From Trueperaceae bacterium (GTDB lineage: Bacteria > Deinococcota > Deinococci > Deinococcales > Trueperaceae): a stretch of 64,000 nt of DNA. The first letter of the stretch is position 1; every line of letters begins with the position of its first letter. A program made the translations under genes and the position numbers. Shown here one piece after another: positions 1 to 7,601 of the stretch. Below the pieces are notes generated by a model. The model ran no database searches and was not told the DNA's origin. It worked only from the letters and a program-made list of their open reading frames with translations. The DNA is taken from NCBI GenBank assembly GCA_965215565.1, contig CBDCDZ010000004.1:1568001-1632000 (forward strand), given 5' to 3'.

Positions 1-109
1 CACAAAGAGCTATAGAGCAAGATATCAATTCCCCGCAATTTCCTGTTTGCTCCGTTTGGTAGGACGCGGCAAACTCCAGAGAGTAGAACCCAGTTAGAGG
101 ACGTGAATT

Positions 110-535
110 GTGAAGACGTATTTCCCTAAAACCCCCGGCAGTGACTGGATAGTCGTAGACGCCGAAGGGCAGACCGTGGGGCGCATCGCCACCCAAATCG
201 CCAGCCTGCTGCGCGGCAAGCACAAGCCCGACTTTACCCCCAACCAGCTCTGCGGCGACTTCGTCGTGGTCATCAACGCCGACAAGGTGATCTTTACAGG
301 CAAGAAGATGGACCAGAAGGTCTACACCCGCTACAGCGGCTATCAGGGCGGCTTGAAAGTCACCAACGCCCGCACCGTCTTGAACCGCCACCCCGAGCGC
401 ATCATCGAGCACGCGGTCTGGGGAATGCTCCCCAAGACCCGCTTAGGTCGCAAGATGATCCGCCGCCTCAAGGTCTACCCCGGCACGGCGCACCCCCACA
501 GCGCCCAGCAGCCCAAAGAGATGGAGCTTCGCTAA
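110..535 (+). CDS. rplM: 50S ribosomal protein L13
   Basis: [32 protein letters not shown] and RLKVYPG motifs; coupled to S9. Confidence 0.98.
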   Translation: MKTYFPKTPGSDWIVVDAEGQTVGRIATQIASLLRGKHKPDFTPNQLCGDFVVVINADKVIFTGKKMDQKVYTRYSGYQGGLKVTNARTVLNRHPERIIEHAVWGMLPKTRLGRKMIRRLKVYPGTAHPHSAQQPKEMELR

Positions 536-927
536 TGGCACTCGAACAGTATTACGGCACAGGTCGCCGCAAAACGTCCGTCGCCCGCGTCTTTTTGCGC
601 CCCGGACAGGGCCGCATCATCGTGAACGGCAAGGACTTTCAAACCTACTTTCGCGGTATCTTTGTGGGCGTACAAGCTTTAGAACCCCTCAAAGTCACCG
701 GCACCGCCGGACGCTACGACGCGCTCATCACCGTCAAGGGTGGCGGCCCGAGTGGTCAGGCGGACGCAATTAAGCTGGGCGTCGCCCGCGCTTTAGTCAA
801 AGTCAACCCGGACTTTCGCGCCAAGCTCAAGCCCGGCGGCTACTTGACCCGCGACGCACGCGAGGTCGAGCGCAAGAAGTACGGTCTACGCAAGGCACGC
901 CGCGCCCCGCAGTACAGCAAGCGCTAA
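535..927 (+). CDS. rpsI: 30S ribosomal protein S9
   Basis: [14 protein letters not shown]-terminus and [20 protein letters not shown]-terminus. Confidence 0.98.
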   Translation: MALEQYYGTGRRKTSVARVFLRPGQGRIIVNGKDFQTYFRGIFVGVQALEPLKVTGTAGRYDALITVKGGGPSGQADAIKLGVARALVKVNPDFRAKLKPGGYLTRDAREVERKKYGLRKARRAPQYSKR

Positions 928-941
928 AAGACAAGTTCTAA

Positions 942-997
942 AGAGAAAAGGACTGAGGGAAAAGAGGTTAGAGCCTTCCTTCAGTCTTTTTCTTTTT
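942..997 (+). terminator. Probable intrinsic terminator after rpsI
   Basis: Imperfect inverted repeat AGAAAAGGACTGAGGGA ... TCCTTCAGTCTTTTTCT followed by a T run. Confidence 0.7.
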
Positions 998-1135
998 GAG
1001 GTTGGGGCGTACGTACAGGCTTCTTAGACGAAAAGGCTGTATTATTTCGTTTGTATGGGGCTCGAGCCCCAATCTTGACTTCCCATGACATACGTCAGGT
1101 ATATCTCACATAGCTTATCTATCTAAGGACCCTCT

Positions 1136-2011
1136 ATGACCACCTTTCAAGCCATTATCTTAGGCATCGTCCAGGGGCTCACCGAGTTCTTGCCGATCTC
1201 GAGCAGCGCCCACCTCCGCATCGTCCCTGCGCTCTTAGGTTGGGAGGACCCCGGCGCAGCTTTTACCGCCGTGACGCAAATCGGTACCGAAGCCGCTGTG
1301 ATCATCTTTTTCTGGCGTGACATCTGGCGTATCGGCAAGACGTGGATTCAGGCGCTTTATACGCCCGAGCTGCGCGGCACCATCGACGCTCGGATGGGCT
1401 GGTACGTAATTTTAGGGACCTTTCCGATTGCGATTTTGGGGCTCTTATTCGAAGACCAGATCGACACGGTGGCGCGGGACTTACGGCTCATCTCCACCAC
1501 GCTCATTGTGCTGGGGATCGTACTCTGGATTGCGGACAGGCAGGCGCGTACCGAGAAGGCGCTGGATAATCTTAATCTCTTCGACGGTCTTGTGTACGGC
1601 TTCGCGCAGGCGTTGGCGCTTGTGCCCGGCGTATCGCGCTCGGGCGCGACGATCAGCGCGGGGCTCTTTCTAGGCTATGAGAGGGCGGCGGCGGCGCGCT
1701 ATGCGTTTCTTCTAGCGATTCCGGCGGTGGTGGCGTCGGGGCTCTACAAATTGCCGGACGCGCTCGCAGGCGACGGTCCGGGTTGGGCACTCACGCTTAC
1801 CTCGACGGCGTTCGCCTTTATCTTCGGCTACGCCTCGATTGCCTGGCTCCTGCGCTATGTGAGTAAGAACTCGTATCTGCCTTTCGTGATTTACCGGATT
1901 GGTTTAGGAACGCTCGTCGCGTTGCTGCTGGCGTTCGGGGTGCTCGAGCCCAGAGATGCCCCTGCCACAGAAGAGATAACGAGCGTAACAACACAAGAGG
2001 TCAGCCGCTGA
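1136..2011 (+). CDS. uppP: Undecaprenyl-diphosphate phosphatase
   Basis: [14 protein letters not shown] and [10 protein letters not shown] signature motifs; multi-TM. Confidence 0.96.
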   Translation: MTTFQAIILGIVQGLTEFLPISSSAHLRIVPALLGWEDPGAAFTAVTQIGTEAAVIIFFWRDIWRIGKTWIQALYTPELRGTIDARMGWYVILGTFPIAILGLLFEDQIDTVARDLRLISTTLIVLGIVLWIADRQARTEKALDNLNLFDGLVYGFAQALALVPGVSRSGATISAGLFLGYERAAAARYAFLLAIPAVVASGLYKLPDALAGDGPGWALTLTSTAFAFIFGYASIAWLLRYVSKNSYLPFVIYRIGLGTLVALLLAFGVLEPRDAPATEEITSVTTQEVSR

Positions 2012-2019
2012 GATTATGA

Positions 2020-2043
2020 AACAAGGGGTTGCAACCCCTTGTT
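2020..2043. repeat. REP-like palindrome (family copy 1)
   Basis: Perfect 24-bp palindrome AACAAGGGGTTGCAACCCCTTGTT; near-identical copies at 43857 and 58989. Confidence 0.75.
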
Positions 2044-2332
2044 CAAGACCTCGAGTTCTCCAACTACGCCAAAACAACAAAGGTAATTTTTTAGCTGAGC
2101 TAGACTAGAGTTTATAGCAGGTCTCAGCCGCTAGGCTAGCGGAACCTCATCTGGTTCGGGCCAATCTGATGAGGAAAAACACATTTTAGCACGTACGTCA
2201 ATCGATGAGACCCGCGTAGTATAAACTCAGTGACTTTGGAAAACCCTTTACTTAGCTCGTATCTAAAGTTACATCAACGTTATAAACGAAGCAGGCAAAG
2301 CAGCGAATGAACCATTATCAGGAGGTCTCTCC

Positions 2333-3868
2333 ATGTCCATAAAAACCCGCATCGCGCCCTCACCCACCGGCGACCCGCACGTCGGCACGGCTTACGTGGG
2401 GCTTTTCAACTATGTTTTTACCAAGCAGCAGGGCGGCAGCTTTATTTTGCGCATCGAAGATACCGACCAAGCTCGCTACAACGAGACGAGCGAGCGCCGT
2501 ATTTTGGAGATGATGGGGTGGCTCGGGCTAAACCCTGACGAGGGTCCCCACGCAGGCGGACCGAGCGAGCCGTACCGCCAGAGCGAGCGCAAAGCTATCT
2601 ACAAGAAGTACGCGGATGAACTGCTCGAGCAGGGCGCGCTCTACCGCGCCTTTGAGACATCCGAGGAATTGGCGAGCATCCGCGAAGTAAAAGGCGGCTA
2701 CGACGGGCGAGCGAGAGATATTCCTAAAGAGGAATCCGACAAACGCGCAGAGGACGGCGAACCGTTCGTCCTCCGCTTGAGAACGCCCGATGAGGGCGAA
2801 ACGAGCTTTCATGACGAATTGCGCGGCGTCGTGCGCGTGCCGAACAGCGAGCTGCGCGACGCGGTGATGGTGAAAAGCGACGGCTTTCCGACCTATCACT
2901 TCGCCGTGGTGGTGGATGACCACCTCATGGGCGTTACGCACGTCGTTCGCGGTGAGGACTGGATCGTCAGCACGCCCTTACACGTGACGCTTTATGAGGC
3001 GTTCGGCTGGGACGCGCCCAAGTTCGCGCACTTGCCGCTTCTGCGCAACGCCGACAAAACGCGGCTCAGCAAGCGTAAGAACGACACGAGCGTGGACTCT
3101 TACCGCGAACAAGGTATCCTGCCCGAAGCTTTGCTGAATTACCTCGGCACGATGGGCTGGAGTATGCCCGACGGACACGAGTTCTTTGATTTAGAGGACA
3201 TGATCGACAATTTCTCCTTCAACCGCGTTTCACTAGGCGGACCTGTTTTCGACCTCAAGAAGTTGCGCTTTTTCAACGCGAAATACCTCCGCGATATCTT
3301 GAGCTTAGAAGAGGTAGCGGAGCGCGTGGAGCCGCTTTTGAAAGAAAAGAGGCTCACGTGGGAGGACGAAGACTACCTCTTGGATGTCATCGACGTGTTG
3401 AGGCCGAGGGCTGAAACGCTCATGGACTTCACCGCGCACGACTACTTCTTTCGCGACGACTTCACCTACAGCCCCGACGCGAAGAAAAAAATCGCAGGTG
3501 GACAAACCTACTTGCAGGATATGGAGGGCGAATTCGCCCGCTTGGACTCGTACGATGTGGATTCGGTGGACGACACGATTCGCGACTACGTGCAGTCGCA
3601 GAGCGTCGGTATGGGCAAGGTGATGCAGCCTTTACGGGCGGCGCTCACAGGCAAAACGAACGCGCCCAGCGTGACAGACTTAGTCTCTGTGTTGGGACGC
3701 CAGCGCGTGATGGCGCGCATCGGGCGGGCGCTCACAACGGTCACAGACGATCTGCCAGACGACAAACCAGAGAAACCTCAAAAGGACGAAAAGAAGGATG
3801 ATGAGAAGAAAGAGAAAAGGGAAAAGAGAAAAGATGACGGTGGCGCAGAAGGGAACGAGGCAGCTTAA
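2333..3868 (+). CDS. gltX: Glutamate--tRNA ligase
   Basis: RIAPSPTGDPHVGT (HIGH-like), LRIEDTD, RLSKR (KMSKS-like); GGAGG RBS; highly charged C-terminal tail. Confidence 0.96.
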   Translation: MSIKTRIAPSPTGDPHVGTAYVGLFNYVFTKQQGGSFILRIEDTDQARYNETSERRILEMMGWLGLNPDEGPHAGGPSEPYRQSERKAIYKKYADELLEQGALYRAFETSEELASIREVKGGYDGRARDIPKEESDKRAEDGEPFVLRLRTPDEGETSFHDELRGVVRVPNSELRDAVMVKSDGFPTYHFAVVVDDHLMGVTHVVRGEDWIVSTPLHVTLYEAFGWDAPKFAHLPLLRNADKTRLSKRKNDTSVDSYREQGILPEALLNYLGTMGWSMPDGHEFFDLEDMIDNFSFNRVSLGGPVFDLKKLRFFNAKYLRDILSLEEVAERVEPLLKEKRLTWEDEDYLLDVIDVLRPRAETLMDFTAHDYFFRDDFTYSPDAKKKIAGGQTYLQDMEGEFARLDSYDVDSVDDTIRDYVQSQSVGMGKVMQPLRAALTGKTNAPSVTDLVSVLGRQRVMARIGRALTTVTDDLPDDKPEKPQKDEKKDDEKKEKREKRKDDGGAEGNEAA

Positions 3869-4812
3869 TGGCGTGGTTTGACAGACTCAAGCAGGGACTC
3901 AGCAAGACGCGGGACGTGCTCACGACAGACGTGCGCGACCTCAGCCGCAGTTGGGAGATGGAGTGGGATGACTTGGAGTTCGCCCTCATCGGCGCGGACA
4001 CGGGCGCGAGAATCGCCGCGGAAGTCGTCGAAGAGGCGAAGCGCGAGCGCGAGCGCGGCTCGACCTTCAAGGAGGCGCTGGAAAAAGCGCTCATGGACCA
4101 GCTCGAGCCCGACCAGATGCGCCAGAAGCTGCGCCGCGTCGGGTTCAACTTAGATGTGTCGCGCAACGTCGTCGAGGTCAAGAGTAAAGTTGTGATGGTG
4201 GTGGGCGTCAACGGCGTCGGTAAAACCACCACCATCGCTAAACTCGGACAGTACTACCAAAATAGCGGCAGAAAGGTCATGTTCGCCGCGGGCGACACCT
4301 TCCGCGCCGCCGCCACCGCGCAACTTTCGGTGTGGGGGGACCGTCTAAATATCCCTACCGTCACCGGACCCGACGGAAGTGACCCCGGCGCAGTCGCCTT
4401 CGACGGGGCGCAGCAGCGCCGCGCGAAGGGGTACGACCTCTTATTCGTGGACACCGCCGGACGTCTCCACACGAAGCACAACCTCATGGAAGAGCTTAAA
4501 AAGGTCAAGCGGGTCATCGGCAAAGCGGACCCCAATGAACCCAAAGAGGTGTGGCTCGTCCTCGACGCGGTGACGGGGCAAAACGGACTCGCGCAGGCGA
4601 AGAAGTTTCACGAGGCAGTGGGCGTGACGGGTGTCGTCGTCACGAAGCTAGACGGCACCGCGAAAGGCGGGATTCTCTTGCCTATTGCTAAAGAGTTGAA
4701 CTTGCCGATCAAGTTCATCGGCGTGGGCGAGAGCGCCCAAGACTTGCAACCTTACGACGCGGCGGCGTACGTGCAGGCGCTTTTAGATATTCCGCAGGCG
4801 GCGAAGGTGTAG
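3868..4812 (+). CDS. ftsY: SRP receptor FtsY (NG domain only)
   Basis: GVNGVGKTTT, DTFRAAA, DTAGR and TKLDGTAKGG GTPase motifs. Confidence 0.97.
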   Translation: MAWFDRLKQGLSKTRDVLTTDVRDLSRSWEMEWDDLEFALIGADTGARIAAEVVEEAKRERERGSTFKEALEKALMDQLEPDQMRQKLRRVGFNLDVSRNVVEVKSKVVMVVGVNGVGKTTTIAKLGQYYQNSGRKVMFAAGDTFRAAATAQLSVWGDRLNIPTVTGPDGSDPGAVAFDGAQQRRAKGYDLLFVDTAGRLHTKHNLMEELKKVKRVIGKADPNEPKEVWLVLDAVTGQNGLAQAKKFHEAVGVTGVVVTKLDGTAKGGILLPIAKELNLPIKFIGVGESAQDLQPYDAAAYVQALLDIPQAAKV

Positions 4813-4881
4813 CTTTTTGGGTCGAACGCTGAAACGTTCGATCCTTTTCTCATGTGCAAATCTCTTACGTATAAATCTCTC

Positions 4882-5535
4882 ATGTACGAATTCGCCTTCG
4901 AATTCTGGCGACTCCTCGGGACAGAAGAGGTGAAAGTCGGTAGTTCAGTCGTTCTCGCTAACGAAAGCGTTCCCTTGCTTCTCAGCAACGCCGCGTGGTT
5001 TTCTGATGCGAGTGACCTGCCGAGCATTGCTACCTGGTATACAGAACGAGGTATCGTTCCTGCGCTTACCATTCCAGCCGTGCGAAGTGAAGCATTTGAA
5101 GAGGTGCTAAGGGGAAGCGCGTTCACCCTCGAGCGCTCCTTCACCTTCCGCGCATTAGAGGAACCTCTCGAGAAGAGTAACGACCTCTTGACCGAGCAAG
5201 TGAGTTGGGCGCAGGGGCGCATCCTGGGTGAGCATTTAGCGGCGCATTACGGTTTTCCTGCTTACGGCGCGGCACTCGGCGCAGCGATTACCGCCGCGAT
5301 GCAGCGCTCGCCTGACATCGTCAGCTTCGCCGCTTATAGCGCAGACGAGGTTGCGGGCGCACTCGTCGCTTTTGCACAGAAAGGCTCACTCAGCGCGATG
5401 ATGATCTCTGGCGCTTTAGAAGCGAGGCTTTATCAAGAGGCGGAGAGTCGCGACCTCGGGGCGTTCGTTTTTGAACTTCCTGAAGGGATAGCGGTCAAGG
5501 ATGAGGCTAGCCTCGAGCGCTGGAGCATTCGCTGA
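4882..5535 (+). CDS. Hypothetical protein (possibly a degenerate GNAT-like fold)
   Basis: Open frame between ftsY and mqnB; ATG 4882 follows a TATAAA(T) -10-like box; function not recognised. Confidence 0.55.
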   Translation: MYEFAFEFWRLLGTEEVKVGSSVVLANESVPLLLSNAAWFSDASDLPSIATWYTERGIVPALTIPAVRSEAFEEVLRGSAFTLERSFTFRALEEPLEKSNDLLTEQVSWAQGRILGEHLAAHYGFPAYGAALGAAITAAMQRSPDIVSFAAYSADEVAGALVAFAQKGSLSAMMISGALEARLYQEAESRDLGAFVFELPEGIAVKDEASLERWSIR

Positions 5536-5567
5536 CGGCGAGGCCTCGTAAACGTTACTCTAATCCG

Positions 5568-6251
5568 GTGATCTTACTCATGACTGCAACCAGCGCCGAA
5601 GGCAAACTTTTAAGGGAATCTCTGGACAACCTAGAAGAGCTTTCTTTCCCGCTCGGTCAGCTCTATTCGGGAACCTTAGCAGGGCGACCTCTTCATCTCG
5701 CGCATTTAGGTGTAGCCAAAGTCAATACGGCAGCCGGCTTAGCGCTCGCCGTCCACACCTTAGAGCCGGAGCACGTGATTCAGTTTGGTATCGGCGGCGC
5801 GTACGTCGGCTCGTTCTTGAGTGTCGGGATGGTGGCGGTAGCGGAAAGGGAGGTGCACCTCGACACGGGCGTCGTCACTGACGAGGGTTGGTTAGGGATG
5901 ATTGATGTCGGCTTTCCGCTGCTGGAAGGGCGTTACAACGTCTTCCCCACTGATGAGGGGTTGACTCGAGACCTGGAGAGACTCACAGGCGCGGTGCCGG
6001 GCGTTTTCGGCACCTCCGAAACGGTCACAGGCACCTTTGACGAGGCGGAAACGTTGCAGCGGCGTTTTGACCTCTCCGTGGAGTCGATGGAAGGCGCGGC
6101 GGCGGCGCAGGTTTGTCTCGCCTTGGAGACGCCCTTCGCCGAAATTCGCGGCGTCAGCAACATCGTCGGCGAGCGGGATAAACGCGCTTGGAACATCCCT
6201 TTGGCGGTGCGCTCGGTCAACAAAGCGCTGCTCGGCTTTCTGAAATCCTGA
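5568..6251 (+). CDS. mqnB: Futalosine hydrolase (PNP/UDP phosphorylase family)
   Basis: GVAKVNTA, FGIGGAY, ESMEGAAAAQ and EIRGVSNIVGERD..W motifs. Confidence 0.88.
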   Translation: MILLMTATSAEGKLLRESLDNLEELSFPLGQLYSGTLAGRPLHLAHLGVAKVNTAAGLALAVHTLEPEHVIQFGIGGAYVGSFLSVGMVAVAEREVHLDTGVVTDEGWLGMIDVGFPLLEGRYNVFPTDEGLTRDLERLTGAVPGVFGTSETVTGTFDEAETLQRRFDLSVESMEGAAAAQVCLALETPFAEIRGVSNIVGERDKRAWNIPLAVRSVNKALLGFLKS

Positions 6252-6282
6252 GATATCTCGCTTGACTACAGGGTTTTCAAGG

Positions 6283-7113
6283 CTAGCGCCACTCCTCCAA
6301 CGCGATGACCTCTAAAAACGCGCTGACGACCTCTTCGGGATAGTGCTTGCCCGCGAGCCGGTTGATGCGCTGGATTGCAGCCTCCCTGGGCAGCGCATTC
6401 CTATAGGGTCTATCCGTTGTCATCGCGTCGAAAGCGTCGGTGATAGCGACGATATGCGCCTCGAGTAAAATCTCGTCTCCCCGGAGCCCCTGTGGGTAGC
6501 CCGAGCCGTCGGGACGTTCGTGGTGCTGCTCGACGATGGGTCCAGCCTCCGCGATGAGGGTATCTTCTAACATCTCGCGCCCGAAGGTAGGGTGGCACTT
6601 GATGATTCGCCACTCGGAAGGCGTGAGCGGGCTGGGCTTTTGCAACACCTCGACGGGCACCCTAACCTTACCCACGTCGTGCAAAAACGCCGCCACGTCT
6701 AAGAGATAGAGTCGCTCTTGCGACAAGCCGAGCTGTTTGCCGACCGCGAGCGCCAAGCGCTGCAAACGGTGACAGTGCTCGGCGGTGTAGCCGTCTTTCT
6801 TTTCGATAGAAACCGCTAAATTCATCAGTTCGCGGAGCGTCTGTGAGACGCTCCAGAAGGTGGGGACGCTCGAGACATATAGGAGCCGCGCCGACGCTTC
6901 AGCCCGCAGGGTGAGGGGCGCGTCAGGCGTGCGGCTCAGCAAGCAGTCGCCGACAGCTAAGCGCACGTTCGCGCCGACGAGCACCCCTTTGAGCATGTAG
7001 TAGCTCTCCTGCACCCCTTCGCGGGGTGCGACGGTGAGCGTCTCGCCGCGCCGCAGCGACAGCTCGTGCAACTCGACGCCACCCGGCTGCGTCACCAAAA
7101 GACGCCGCTGCAA
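6283..7113 (-). CDS. HD-GYP cyclic-dinucleotide phosphodiesterase with a cupin-like N-terminus (true start may be ATA at 7212)
   Basis: YTAEHC, LHDVGK, HHERPDGSGYPQGL and DAFDAMTTDRPYR motifs. Confidence 0.9.
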   Translation of the reverse strand: MQRRLLVTQPGGVELHELSLRRGETLTVAPREGVQESYYMLKGVLVGANVRLAVGDCLLSRTPDAPLTLRAEASARLLYVSSVPTFWSVSQTLRELMNLAVSIEKKDGYTAEHCHRLQRLALAVGKQLGLSQERLYLLDVAAFLHDVGKVRVPVEVLQKPSPLTPSEWRIIKCHPTFGREMLEDTLIAEAGPIVEQHHERPDGSGYPQGLRGDEILLEAHIVAITDAFDAMTTDRPYRNALPREAAIQRINRLAGKHYPEEVVSAFLEVIALEEWR

Positions 7114-7264
7114 CGCGCCTTCGCTGATCGTCTCGATGCCGCCGCTCTGCTGAATGAGTTCGAAGCCTCTGGGTAGCTGCGCGCTCGACGTTTCATGTGA
7201 CTTAGACCCTATGGCTCGGTGCTCCTTTCGGCGGTTATGACCTCAGTCAGGGCTCGCGACGAAT

Positions 7265-7292
7265 TGCGGTGTGTTTGCGGTACATCTGCGGT
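7265..7292. promoter_or_regulatory. Three TGCGGT direct repeats in 11-bp phase (candidate regulator binding site)
   Basis: TGCGGT at 7265, 7276 and 7287, upstream of the HD-GYP gene. Confidence 0.55.
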
Positions 7293-7601
7293 GCGTTCGC
7301 CCTATAGGTTGTATCATTTCTAGCGATATTAGGCAAAATACACACATCACTGCATGTACACATAAGCTCACTTACCTATCCACTCAGGTATAACTTATGC
7401 ACAAAGCGTCTGCGGGCAACTATACTTGAGTCGAGGAACCCCGTCATGAGTCGCTAAGCACTTCAGCTTCAATAATCTAAACTATCTCGAGGAAGTTTTT
7501 GCGCTCAGAACGGACTTCGTTGACATTTTCTAATTTAGACTATTTCAACGCACCTACTTAGTCCACGCAATGCTCGCCTCTTTTTGTGTATAGTATTGCA
7601 C

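Noticed and set aside
2166..2180. CTGATGAG...GAAA resembling a hammerhead ribozyme core
   Set aside because: No stem II between CUGAUGA and GAAA and no stem III/UH arrangement
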